Assembly: GCA_964483245.1 (NCBI GenBank)
Contig: CAZABP010000022.1
Coordinates: forward strand, 1-64,000
From: an uncultured candidatus Brocadiaceae bacterium
GTDB lineage: Bacteria > Planctomycetota > UBA1135 > UBA2386
Reading direction: 5' to 3'
DNA: 64,000 nt
The notes beneath the pieces were generated by a model, which did no database searches, had not been told where the DNA came from, and saw nothing but the letters and a program-made list of their open reading frames with translations. Positions 35,671-45,122 of the stretch are shown here, piece by piece. Position 1 is the stretch's first letter; each line of letters begins with the position of its first letter. The translations under genes and the position numbers were made by a program.

Positions 35671-36480
35671 TCAGCGGCGCGTGGCCGTGCTGCGCGGCGT
35701 CGTGGTCGGGTTCGGGTTCGGTTTGGGGTTCGGGTTCGGCGTCGTCTGCATCGACGGCTCCAGCGGCGCGGCGCCGGACGGCGCGGCCGGGTCCATCGTC
35801 GTCGCCGTGGCCGAGTTCGCGATGTAGTCGCGTGCCGTCTCGAGGCAGCGGTTGAACCGTGTGTCCAGCTCGAGCGACAGATCGGCGATCGCGCGGGCGT
35901 CGTCCTTGATCTCGGTCAGCGCGCCGGAGTTGAAGTCGTGGCGCAGGAAGTACGCCAGGTCGCGCGCCTGCTGGTTGAAGCTGTCGTAGCCGGCTGCGGC
36001 GCTCTTGGCGTGTGCGATCAGGCTCTGGTAGCGCTGCCAGGTCATGTCGTAGCGCGCCTGGCTGCGCCGGCGCAGCTGCAGGTTCGAGATCTCGAGCAGG
36101 TCCTGGTTCCAGTGGTCGAACACCGGCGTCGCGGCCGACTGCAGCTCGCGCACGGTGCCGTGCAACCGCTCTGCCTGCTGCTCCGACTCCTGGATCGCCC
36201 GCTGGTACTCCCCGAACGCGGCGCTCGGGTCACCCTTTGGATTCGCCGACGTCAGCGCTGCCATCAGATCGGTCGTGCTCTGAACCTTCTGCTTGCTCAG
36301 TTCCGCCTCGACGTGGACGCGCTCGACCCAGGTCATCAGCGCATCGATGCGCTCGACGGTCGGGCTCGTCGCGGGGCCGCTGCCGACCAGCCCAGAAACC
36401 CAGCTGCAGGCACCGAGGCCCGCCAGCGCAAGCACGCCGGCAGACGTCGCCAAGATCTTCGTTGCTCTCACTCTCGTCAC
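35671..36480 (-). CDS. lipoprotein (hypothetical) with C-terminal PNPNPKPNPNP repeat
   Basis: Lipobox LAGLGAC; coiled-coil-like body; C-terminus encoded by a GGGTTC hexamer tandem repeat. Confidence 0.5.
   Translation of the reverse strand: MTRVRATKILATSAGVLALAGLGACSWVSGLVGSGPATSPTVERIDALMTWVERVHVEAELSKQKVQSTTDLMAALTSANPKGDPSAAFGEYQRAIQESEQQAERLHGTVRELQSAATPVFDHWNQDLLEISNLQLRRRSQARYDMTWQRYQSLIAHAKSAAAGYDSFNQQARDLAYFLRHDFNSGALTEIKDDARAIADLSLELDTRFNRCLETARDYIANSATATTMDPAAPSGAAPLEPSMQTTPNPNPKPNPNPTTTPRSTATRR
35705..35743. repeat. GGGTTC-type hexanucleotide tandem repeat (about 6 units)
   Basis: GTCGGGTTCGGGTTCGGTTTGGGGTTCGGGTTCGGCGTC encoding PNPNPKPNPNP at the C-terminus of lipoprotein 35671-36480. 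Confidence 0.7.
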
Positions 36481-36611
36481 CTCGTCGTGGCCGCGGACCG
36501 GCGGGCACGGATCTCCTTCCGTCGGAACGCTTTCGGCACCTGGGCGATGCGGCCTGAAGGCCCCGGCCGATCCGGCTCAGCCGCGGGCGCCGGAACGCCG
36601 ATGCAGGGCCC

Positions 36612-37664
36612 ATGGGATCGCAGTCATCGGCCTGGCTCGGGCTCCTGCTGTTGGCAGGATGCGGGGGTGCGGAGCGGACGCACCGGATCGGCCCGCCGCG
36701 CGTCGTGCCGGGGGAGCTGAAACTCGAAGTCCCGCCGGCAGTCCGGCATGGATTCGCGATGCAGGCACCGGATCCGGCGGCGTCGGCGCAGGCTTCGCTC
36801 GCCTACGACCTGCCACCGGGCTGGGTCACCGGCGCGCCGGGCGGGATGCGGATGCTGAGTTTCACGGCACCGGGGGGCATCGACGTGTCGGTGACCTCGC
36901 TCGGCGGCGCGGGCGGTGGGCTCGCAGCGAATCTCGACCGTTGGCGCGAACAGCTCGGACTCGCACCACTGACGCCGGCGGAGCTGGCGGCGTTGCCGCG
37001 TCGCACGGTGCTCGGCAGCGACGACGCGGTCGCGATCGACTTCCGCGGCGCCTGGCGCGGCGGCGGTCAGGAGATCGCGCAGGCGCGGATGCTTGGCATC
37101 GTCGTGACGCAGCCGGGTGGCACGCTGTTCGTCAAGGCCGTTGGGGCCGCGACCGCCGTCGATGCACAGGTGCGCGCATTCGACGCGTTCGTCGCGAGCC
37201 TGCGGCCGGCGACGGCGGCCGCACCTGCGGCTCCGGGTGGTGCTGCGGCGCCGCCGGCGACGGGCGGTGATCTCGCGTGGAGCGTGCCCTCGGGCTGGAC
37301 CAGTGAACCGGGCGCGGCGATGCGCGCGGTCACGCTGCGGCCGGGCGGAGATCGGGAGCTCGATGCCTATGTCGTCGTGCTCAGCGGCGCGGCCGGTGGC
37401 GTCGCCGCAAACCTCGACCGTTGGCGCGAGCAGCTCGGGCTGCCGAAGCTGACGCAGGCCGAGCGTGATGCGCTGCCGAGCATCGACATGCTCGGCGCGC
37501 CGGCGCCGCTGTTCTTCGCCGAGAACGGCAAGCTCGCCGTGCTCGGGACGGTCGCGCGGCTCGGGCAGGACAGCCTGTTCGTCAAGCTGGTCGGACCGGC
37601 CACGAAGGTGCCGCAGCATCGCGATGCGTTCGTGCGGTTCTGCCAGAGCTTGGTGCTGCGATGA
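36612..37664 (+). CDS. lipoprotein with internally duplicated about 120-aa domain (hypothetical)
   Basis: Lipobox LLLAGCGG; two copies of a module containing GG(L/V)AANLDRWREQLGL(A/P)..T..E..ALP; stop overlaps ccsBA start. Confidence 0.5.
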   Translation: MGSQSSAWLGLLLLAGCGGAERTHRIGPPRVVPGELKLEVPPAVRHGFAMQAPDPAASAQASLAYDLPPGWVTGAPGGMRMLSFTAPGGIDVSVTSLGGAGGGLAANLDRWREQLGLAPLTPAELAALPRRTVLGSDDAVAIDFRGAWRGGGQEIAQARMLGIVVTQPGGTLFVKAVGAATAVDAQVRAFDAFVASLRPATAAAPAAPGGAAAPPATGGDLAWSVPSGWTSEPGAAMRAVTLRPGGDRELDAYVVVLSGAAGGVAANLDRWREQLGLPKLTQAERDALPSIDMLGAPAPLFFAENGKLAVLGTVARLGQDSLFVKLVGPATKVPQHRDAFVRFCQSLVLR

Positions 37665-40600
37665 GTTGGCTGCTGCAAGGATTCGCGGTGCTCGCGTCGT
37701 ATCGGCTGGCGTTCGTCTGCCTGGCCGGGCTGTTCGTGACGACCTGGCTCGGAACGCTGTACCAGGTCGACCACGGGCTGTGGGCGGCGCAGTGGGCGTA
37801 CTTCGAATCGTGGCTGCTGTGGCAGCGGCTCGGGGATCTGTTCGTTGGCAGCGGGATGCCGGCGTGGCTCGACGACAGCAGGCTCGCGCTGCCGTTGCCG
37901 GGCGGGATGCTGTGGATGTCGCTGCTCGGCGTCAGTCTCGTCTGCGGCGGCTTCGTGCGGCTGTTGCGCTCGATGCGCGGTGGCGCGCGGCTGATCCCAC
38001 GCGCCGGCGTGTTGGTCGTGCACTGCGGGATCGCGCTGCTGTTGATGGCTGGCTGGGTGCGGTTCGCGCAGGCCAGCGAGGGTTCGATCACGCTGACCGA
38101 GGGGCAGACGGCACGCAGCTATGCCAGCTTCCACGACTGGGAGCTCGTCGTCGCGCGGCAGGTCGGCGATGGCGAGGTCGAAGAGCACCTGATCCCGGGC
38201 GCGCGGTTCCTGGACCTGGAGGACGGCGAGCAGGCGGAGTTCGTCTCCGACCTGCTGCCGTTCCGGATCGTCGTCGTGCAGGCGGCGCGCAACAGCGACG
38301 TGCGCCGGCACGGCGGTGAGTTCCTGCTGCGGCGCAAGCTCCCGCTGGCGGAGAACGAGCGCAACATGGCTGGTTGCGTGGTCGCGCTGCGCGATGCGAG
38401 CGGCGGTGAGCTGCGCGGCGTGCTGTGCGGCACCGACACCGCACCGTGGACGGTCGGCATCGGTGACGAACGCTGGGCGCTGGCGCTGCGCAAGGAGACC
38501 TGGCCGCTGCCGTTCGCGTTGCGGCTGGAGGACTTCACGGCGGAGATGCACCCTGGCACGACGAAACCGAAAGCCTTCCGCAGCGATGTCACGGTGCGGA
38601 CCGCTGCCGGCGAACGACGTACCAGGATCGAGATGAACGAGCCGCTGCGGCTCGGCGACGTCGTCGTGTACCAGAGCACCTGGGGTCAACAGGGAGGGAT
38701 GCCGGGGGCGCCGCTGTTCTCCGGGTTCCAGGTCGTGCGCAATCCGGCGGATCAATGGCCGCTGTACGGCTGCATCCTGATCGCGCTCGGGATGCTGCTC
38801 GCGTTCGGTTGGACGCTGGTGCGGTTCCTGACGCGCGAGACGTCGCGGGTCCGCGGCGCCGGTGCACTGCTGCTGGCCGGCGTGTTCGCCGCGCCATTGA
38901 GCACGCAGGCGCAGGAACCGCGCGCGCAGCCGTGGCCGGCCGCGGCGCTCGAGCATTGCGCGCGGCTGCCGGTGCAGGAGGACGGCCGCGTCAAGCCGCT
39001 GTTGACGCACGTCTCGTATCTGCTGCTGCGGATCAACGGCAAGCGCACGGTCAGCCTCGGTGCCGACCCGAGGTTCGGCGCCGCGGCCGGTGCGTCGCTC
39101 GACCCGGTTGCGTGGGCGCTCGACGTGCTGCTGTTCCCCGAGCAGGCGGACCTCTACCCGGTGTTCCAGGTGCAGACCAGCGAGGTGATCGATGCGATCG
39201 GCCTCGAGCACGACGGCAAGCGCAAGCGCGACCGGTACTCGTTCGCGGAGCTGCGCCCCGGTCTGCCGCAGTTGCTGGCACTCGCACAGCGGTTCGAGCG
39301 GATCGCCGAGAAGGACCGCTCCGGGATCGAGCAACAGCTCGTGATGCTGGCGCGCAACATCGCCGACTACGACCGGCTGGCGCGTTCGCTGGATGCTGCC
39401 CGGCTGCGGTTCCAGCCCGAAGGGGACGCGACGCTGCTTGCGCTGCTGGGCGGCCGCAGCGAGCTGCGGTTCTCGGAGCTGCTGCCGCATTGGCCGGCGC
39501 TGCAGACGGCGCGCGAGCAGAGCGCGGGCGCCAAGCGCTGGATCGCGCAGGCGCAGGGGATCGGCCGCGACGATGGCCTGCTGCACGTGCTGCCGCCACC
39601 GGATCCGGCGCAGGCTGCGTGGTTGCTGCCGGCCGATCTCGTGCGCGAGCATGCCCCGCCGGTCGCCGAGCCGGTGCTGGCGCTGCTGGCGCTGTTCGAG
39701 GAGCTGGTCGATGCGCGGCAGCAGCCGGCCCGGTTCGCTGCGGTCGCCGGCAGGCTGGACGAGGCGCTGCACGCGCAGCTGCGCGCGCGCGGCGAAGGCG
39801 CGAAGCTCGACCTCGAAGTCTCCTATCTGCAGGCGGACTGGTGCTGGCGCGCGCTGCTCGCGTTCGGACTCGCGCTGGTCGTGACCGCGGTCTCCTGGCT
39901 GCGACCGCGCAGCCGCCTGCTCGGCGGTGCGGCCTGGCTCGCGACGCTGCTCGGCGCCGGCCTGCTGGTGACCGGCATCGTGATCCGCTGCATCCTGCGC
40001 GATCGGCCGCCGATCAGCGGGCTCTACGAGACGATCCTGTTCGTGACCGCGGCGATCGTGCTGACCGGGCTCGTCGTCGAGCGGTTCTGGCGCCGCCGCG
40101 TGCTGTTGTCGCTGGCGGCTCTGCTCGGGTTCGCCGGGATGTTCCTGGCCGGACGGTTCGAAGCGAGCGAAGCACGCGACACGATGCCGACGCTGCAGGC
40201 CGTGCTCGACACGAACTTCTGGCTCGCGACGCACGTCACGGTCATCAACCTCGGCTACGCCGGTGCATTGCTCGCCGGCTTCCTGGCGCACCTGTATCTG
40301 CTGCGCGGGCGGCGGCGCGATCCGGCGTTCAGCGCCGCGATCGCACGCGCGACGTACGGCACGCTGTGCTTCGCGACGTTGTTCACGACCGTCGGCACGA
40401 TCCTCGGCGGGATCTGGGCGAACGATTCGTGGGGCCGGTTCTGGGGTTGGGATCCCAAGGAGAACGGCGCGCTGATGATCGTGCTGTGGAACCTGATGAT
40501 CCTGCACGGGCGGCTCGGCGGGATCGTCCGCGAGCACGGGATCGCGATGCTGGCGGTCGCCGGCAACGTGGTCGTCGTGTTCTCCTGGTTCCACACCAAC

Positions 40601-40762
40601 CTGCTCGGCGTGGGGTTGCACAGCTACGGGTTCGCGAGCGGGCTGAGCCTGGCGGTCTGGACGTTCTATGCGCTCGAGGTGGGAGTCCTGGTCGCCGCGC
40701 AGATCCTGCATGTCCGGGCGCGTGCATTGGCCTCCGTCGACCCGGCCGCAGCCGCTGGCTAA
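37661..40762 (+). CDS. ccsBA: fused cytochrome c biogenesis protein CcsBA (system II, ResB/Ccs1 fused to CcsA/ResC)
   Basis: 1033 aa; N-terminal ResB-like TM and large periplasmic domain; C-terminal CcsA part with WWD motif WGRFWGWDPKENGAL and conserved His. Confidence 0.75.
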   Translation: MSWLLQGFAVLASYRLAFVCLAGLFVTTWLGTLYQVDHGLWAAQWAYFESWLLWQRLGDLFVGSGMPAWLDDSRLALPLPGGMLWMSLLGVSLVCGGFVRLLRSMRGGARLIPRAGVLVVHCGIALLLMAGWVRFAQASEGSITLTEGQTARSYASFHDWELVVARQVGDGEVEEHLIPGARFLDLEDGEQAEFVSDLLPFRIVVVQAARNSDVRRHGGEFLLRRKLPLAENERNMAGCVVALRDASGGELRGVLCGTDTAPWTVGIGDERWALALRKETWPLPFALRLEDFTAEMHPGTTKPKAFRSDVTVRTAAGERRTRIEMNEPLRLGDVVVYQSTWGQQGGMPGAPLFSGFQVVRNPADQWPLYGCILIALGMLLAFGWTLVRFLTRETSRVRGAGALLLAGVFAAPLSTQAQEPRAQPWPAAALEHCARLPVQEDGRVKPLLTHVSYLLLRINGKRTVSLGADPRFGAAAGASLDPVAWALDVLLFPEQADLYPVFQVQTSEVIDAIGLEHDGKRKRDRYSFAELRPGLPQLLALAQRFERIAEKDRSGIEQQLVMLARNIADYDRLARSLDAARLRFQPEGDATLLALLGGRSELRFSELLPHWPALQTAREQSAGAKRWIAQAQGIGRDDGLLHVLPPPDPAQAAWLLPADLVREHAPPVAEPVLALLALFEELVDARQQPARFAAVAGRLDEALHAQLRARGEGAKLDLEVSYLQADWCWRALLAFGLALVVTAVSWLRPRSRLLGGAAWLATLLGAGLLVTGIVIRCILRDRPPISGLYETILFVTAAIVLTGLVVERFWRRRVLLSLAALLGFAGMFLAGRFEASEARDTMPTLQAVLDTNFWLATHVTVINLGYAGALLAGFLAHLYLLRGRRRDPAFSAAIARATYGTLCFATLFTTVGTILGGIWANDSWGRFWGWDPKENGALMIVLWNLMILHGRLGGIVREHGIAMLAVAGNVVVVFSWFHTNLLGVGLHSYGFASGLSLAVWTFYALEVGVLVAAQILHVRARALASVDPAAAAG

Positions 40763-40774
40763 CTTCGTCCGGCG

Positions 40775-42043
40775 ATGCCCGACGAGGACCTGCTCGAGCT
40801 GTTCTGGTCGTTCGCGATCGCGCTGTCGATCGGCGCGCTGATCGGTCTCGAACGGGAGAAGAAGAAGGAGGGGGACAAGGGGTTCGCGACCGGTGGGCTG
40901 CGCACGTTCATCCTGTATGCGCTCGCCGGCGCGCTCGGCGCGCTGCTGACCAAGGAACTCGCCTCCCCGTGGCCGCTGACCGCCACGATCCTGGCCGTCG
41001 CGGCGATCGTCCTGGCCGGCTACCTGCTGCACTCGAAGCTGGCCGCCGGCCAGTTCGGCCTGACGACCGAGCTCGCTGCGATCGTCACCTGCCTGCTCGC
41101 TGCGGTTGCGGTGCTCGGTCAGGCGGAGATTGCCGTCGCGACCGCCGTCGCAGTCTCCGCACTGCTGTGGATGAAGGCCCCGCTGCACGGCGCCGTCGCG
41201 AAGCTCGGCTCGCAGGACATCTACGCCGGGCTGAAGCTGCTGTTCGCGACGTTCGTCGTGCTGCCGCTGCTGCCGGACGAGCCGATCGATCCGTGGGAGG
41301 CGTGGAATCCGCACAAGCTCTGGCTGCTGGTCGTGCTGATCTCGAGCCTGTCGCTGGTCGGCTACGTCGCCGTGCGCGCGCTCGGCGACACCCGCGGGAC
41401 GCTGCTGACCGGGATCGCCGGCGGCCTCGTCTCGTCGACGGCGATCACGCTGGCGTTCTCCAAGCAGTCCGCCGATTCGCCGCAATCGGCACCGTCGCTG
41501 GCGAGCGGCATCCTGCTGGCCTGGACCATCATGTGCGTGCGCGTGCTGGTCGAGATCGCGATCGTGCATCCGCCGCTGCTCGGTCCGGCCGCGATCCCGA
41601 TCGGTGCGATGGGTCTCGTCGCGGCCGGCTTCGCCGGGTTCAAGATCTGGCGGCAGGCGAAGGATTCTGCGCCGAGCCCGGAGGTTCCGCTGCGCACCCC
41701 GTTCAGCCTGATCGCGGCGATCAAGTTCGCGGGGCTGTTCGCCGCGGTGTTGCTGGTCGTCAAGCTGACGCAGAAGTACCTGCCCGGCGGCAGCGTCTAC
41801 GTCGTGGCCGGCCTGGCCGGCACGACCCACGTCGATGCGATCACGCTGTCGATGGCCGGGGATGCGCAGAGCAGCGGGAATCTCGGCGTCGCGGTGACCG
41901 CGATCACGATCGCGACGATCGCGAACACGCTGGTGAAGACCGGGATGACGGTCGGACTCGGGAGCGCGGAGCTGCGCAAGCACATGTTGATCGCCGGCCC
42001 GGCGATCGCGGCGGCGGGGATCGTGGCGCTGGTCGTGAGTTGA
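40775..42043 (+). CDS. MgtC/SapB family membrane protein with DUF4010-like C-terminal domain
   Basis: N-terminal MgtC-like motif (GALIGLEREKKKEGDKGFATGGLRTFILYAL) followed by multiple further TM helices. Confidence 0.65.
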   Translation: MPDEDLLELFWSFAIALSIGALIGLEREKKKEGDKGFATGGLRTFILYALAGALGALLTKELASPWPLTATILAVAAIVLAGYLLHSKLAAGQFGLTTELAAIVTCLLAAVAVLGQAEIAVATAVAVSALLWMKAPLHGAVAKLGSQDIYAGLKLLFATFVVLPLLPDEPIDPWEAWNPHKLWLLVVLISSLSLVGYVAVRALGDTRGTLLTGIAGGLVSSTAITLAFSKQSADSPQSAPSLASGILLAWTIMCVRVLVEIAIVHPPLLGPAAIPIGAMGLVAAGFAGFKIWRQAKDSAPSPEVPLRTPFSLIAAIKFAGLFAAVLLVVKLTQKYLPGGSVYVVAGLAGTTHVDAITLSMAGDAQSSGNLGVAVTAITIATIANTLVKTGMTVGLGSAELRKHMLIAGPAIAAAGIVALVVS

Positions 42044-42050
42044 TCCGCCC

Positions 42051-43535
42051 CTACAACGCCGCCCGCATCGTGCCGTGCTCCAGCAGCGCACGATGCAGAT
42101 CGAAGCAGTGCCGCAGGTCCTGCCGCAGGTGGCCCGGCGGCGCCGACTCCAGATAACGCAGCAGGTAGTCCCGGTACTCCGGATGCGCGCACTGCTCGAT
42201 GATCCGCCGCGCGCGCTCACGCGGGCCGAGGCCCCGTAGATCCGCGAGCCCCTGCTCGGTGACCAGCACCTGCACCGAGTGTTCGGTGTGGTCGACGTGG
42301 CTGCACAGCGGCACGACCGTCGACACGTCGCCTTCCTTGGCCGTGCTCGGCGCCATCAGGATCGACAGCGCGCCGTTGCGCACGAAGTCCCCCGAGCCGC
42401 CGATTCCGTTCATCATCTGCGTGCCGCAGACATGCGTGGAGTTGGCGCAGCCGTTCAGGTCCAGCTCCAGCACGGTGTTGATCGTCACGACGCCGAGCTG
42501 GCGGATCACGGCCGGCTGGTTCGAGATCTCCTGCGGGCGCAGCACGATCCGCGGACTGAAGAAGTCCATCGCGTCGAACACGTGCTGCATGACCGGCTCG
42601 GTGAAGCTCAACGACGCAGTCGATGCACCGAGCACCTTCTGCTGCTCGAGCAGCGGCACGATCGAGTCCTGGAGCACCTCGGTGAACATCGTGAACGGCG
42701 GGATCTGCGGATCGGCGCCGAGCGCGGCCATGACGGCGTTCGACAGGTTGCCGACGCCGGCCTGGACCGGCAGGAACTCGCGCGGCATCCGGCCGAGCCG
42801 CAATTCGTCCCCGAGGAACTGCGCGACGTGCCGGGCGATGCGGCGGCTCGTCTCGTCGGGTGCCCCGAACGCGTGCAGCCGGTCCGGCTCGTCGGTCTCG
42901 ACGATCCCGACGATCCGCCGCGGATCGACGCTCGCGTATGGCGTCCCGATCCGGTCCAGCGGCTCGTGGATCGGGATCGGCGAGCGGCGTGGCGGCGGTG
43001 GCAGCAGCGCGATGTCGTGCATCTCGGCGAGCCGAGGCGACGGCCGTCGGTTGCGCTCGATCAGGATCCGCTCGGCGTGCCGCAACAGGCTCGGTGCGAT
43101 CCCGATCCCGGTCGTCAGGTAGACGCGGCCGTCTTCGGTGACTTCGTGCGCCTCGACGATCGCCCAGTCGATCGCGCCGAAGAATCCGAACTCGATCATC
43201 TGCGGCAGGTGCGACAGATGCATGTCGACGAACGCCGTGCGGCCGTCGTTGATCCGTGTGCGCAGCGCGCGCGAGCTCTGATACGGGGCGCGCCACGCGA
43301 TTGCGTCGGCGTCGGCGAGTGCGTCGTCGACGTCCGGTCCGGTCGATGCACCGGTCAGCAACTGCAGCGCGAGCGGTGTGCCCGCTGCCTGCATCGCCCG
43401 CGCCCGCGCCAACAATGCGCGTGGGATCGCCTTGGGCGTGCCGGTCGCCGTGAATCCGGACAGCCCCAGCTCGGCCCCGCGCGGAATCAGCGCGGCCGCC
43501 TCGGCGGCGTTCAGCGACGCATAGCGGGAACCCAT
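42051..43535 (-). CDS. acetyl-CoA hydrolase/transferase family protein (succinyl/propionyl-CoA:carboxylate CoA-transferase-like)
   Basis: ATG 43535; 494 aa; N-terminal GFTATGTPKAIPRAL and conserved family core; Arg-rich first 152 codons of the raw ORF rejected. Confidence 0.7.
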   Translation of the reverse strand: MGSRYASLNAAEAAALIPRGAELGLSGFTATGTPKAIPRALLARARAMQAAGTPLALQLLTGASTGPDVDDALADADAIAWRAPYQSSRALRTRINDGRTAFVDMHLSHLPQMIEFGFFGAIDWAIVEAHEVTEDGRVYLTTGIGIAPSLLRHAERILIERNRRPSPRLAEMHDIALLPPPPRRSPIPIHEPLDRIGTPYASVDPRRIVGIVETDEPDRLHAFGAPDETSRRIARHVAQFLGDELRLGRMPREFLPVQAGVGNLSNAVMAALGADPQIPPFTMFTEVLQDSIVPLLEQQKVLGASTASLSFTEPVMQHVFDAMDFFSPRIVLRPQEISNQPAVIRQLGVVTINTVLELDLNGCANSTHVCGTQMMNGIGGSGDFVRNGALSILMAPSTAKEGDVSTVVPLCSHVDHTEHSVQVLVTEQGLADLRGLGPRERARRIIEQCAHPEYRDYLLRYLESAPPGHLRQDLRHCFDLHRALLEHGTMRAAL

Positions 43536-43537
43536 GC

Positions 43538-45013
43538 TCAGCGCCCGTCGAGCCCCGCCGCGATCGCGTCGCAGACCTTCTCCAGCACGAGCACGCGCGC
43601 GAGGTTCTTGTCGTTGGCCGGAATCACATGCCACGGCGCGAGCTTGGTGTCGGTGCGCATCAACATCTCGTCGACCGCCGCGACGTACGCATCCCACTTC
43701 TCGCGGTTGCGGTAGTCCTCGTCCGTGATCTTCCAGGCCTTGTACGGCTCCTGCTGACGCGCCTCGAACCGGCGCAACTGCTCGTCCTTGTCGATGTGCA
43801 GCCAGAACTTGGCGACCGTCATCCCATGCTCGGCGAGCTGCGCCTCGAAATCGTTGATCTCGTCGTAGGCACGGCTCCAGGCCGTCTCGGTTGCAAACCC
43901 CTCGACCCGTTCGACCAGCACGCGGCCGTACCAGGTGCGATCGAACAGCGCGATCTGCCCCGGCCGCGGCAGCCGCCGCCAGAACCGCCACAGCCAGTGC
44001 CGGGCCCGCTCCTCCTCGGTCGGCGCCGCGATCGGGTGCATCCGCAGGTCGCGCACCGAGATCGCGGCCGCGAGCCGGCGGATCGCGCCCCCTTTGCCGG
44101 CGGCGTCCCAGCCCTCGAACGCGAACACGCAGGTGTGCCCGCTGTTGCGCACCTTGCGCGCCAGCTTGCGCAGCCGCGCCTGCAGCGCATCACAGCGCTC
44201 GTCGTACTCCGCTTCGTCGAGCTGCGCGGACAGGTCCACGTCGGCGAGACGGTGCGGCACCGGCGGTCGCGGCTGCGCCGGGAGCTGCGCCGCCGGCTGT
44301 TCCGCCGCCGCGAGCCGCTGCCGCAGCGCGGACAACAGCGTCGTCGCGATCGTCAGATCGCGGTGCTCGCGGTCACTGCTCTCGACGATCGTCCAGGGGC
44401 AGGCGGCGGAGTGGGTGCGTTCGAGGAACTCGTCGGCGACCGCGATCGCCTTGTCGTAGTCCTCGTAGAGCTGCCAATCCGAATCTTCGGCGCGCGCTTC
44501 GTACAGCTTGTCCTTGGCCGCCTTCGCCAGGTGCTTCTTCAGCGCCTTCTTCGGCAGGTGCAGCCAGAACTTCAGCAGCAGCGTGCCGTCGACGACCAGC
44601 TCCTCCTCGTGGCGCCGGACGTGGTCGATCGTCTGCGAGAACTCCGCCGCGCTGATGTCGCGGCGCCAGCGCGCGGCGATCGTCATCACCGGCCACGCGC
44701 CGACCCACAGTGCGATCCTTCCGTGCGGTGGCAGCTCGTTCCAGTAGCGCCACGCCTTGGGATACATCTGTTCGAGCACGTCGCGCTGCCCGAACCAGCG
44801 CGTCGCGATGTAGCGCTGGTCCATCCACTCGTTGAGCCGATCGACGACTTCTTCGACGCCGGTCCGGTCGTCGCCGGCCAGCAGGATGAGGCACGCGAAC
44901 CCTGCGCGCTTGAGGTCCTCTTGCGTGTTGATCAGGTCCACGCGGAGCTGCGGCTCCTGTGCCTTGAACTCCTCCTTGGTGATGCTGGCGCCGGCCTCGG
45001 CTGTATCGAGCAT
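43538..45013 (-). CDS. ppk2: two-domain polyphosphate kinase 2 family protein (polyphosphate:AMP phosphotransferase-like)
   Basis: 491 aa with two PPK2 modules; Walker-A-like FEGWDAAGKGG and lid motif; 2 nt downstream of the CoA-transferase stop. Confidence 0.75.
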   Translation of the reverse strand: MLDTAEAGASITKEEFKAQEPQLRVDLINTQEDLKRAGFACLILLAGDDRTGVEEVVDRLNEWMDQRYIATRWFGQRDVLEQMYPKAWRYWNELPPHGRIALWVGAWPVMTIAARWRRDISAAEFSQTIDHVRRHEEELVVDGTLLLKFWLHLPKKALKKHLAKAAKDKLYEARAEDSDWQLYEDYDKAIAVADEFLERTHSAACPWTIVESSDREHRDLTIATTLLSALRQRLAAAEQPAAQLPAQPRPPVPHRLADVDLSAQLDEAEYDERCDALQARLRKLARKVRNSGHTCVFAFEGWDAAGKGGAIRRLAAAISVRDLRMHPIAAPTEEERARHWLWRFWRRLPRPGQIALFDRTWYGRVLVERVEGFATETAWSRAYDEINDFEAQLAEHGMTVAKFWLHIDKDEQLRRFEARQQEPYKAWKITDEDYRNREKWDAYVAAVDEMLMRTDTKLAPWHVIPANDKNLARVLVLEKVCDAIAAGLDGR

Positions 45014-45122
45014 GACCGGAGCTTAGCCCGTGCGTCTGCGGCAGCGGCGCGGTGGTGGGGGGCGCAACGTCCGCTGGCAGCCGCGCGCGCGACTGCTAGA
45101 GTCCGGCACCTCTGAACCCACC

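Noticed and set aside
37367-42220. 1617-aa minus-strand ORF and 1133-aa plus-strand ORF (38755-42156) overlapping the ccsBA and MgtC genes
   Set aside because: Extremely Arg/Ala/Gly/Pro-rich low-complexity translations typical of off-frame ORFs in 70% GC DNA. They overlap genes with clear domain signatures (WWD motif, MgtC motif).
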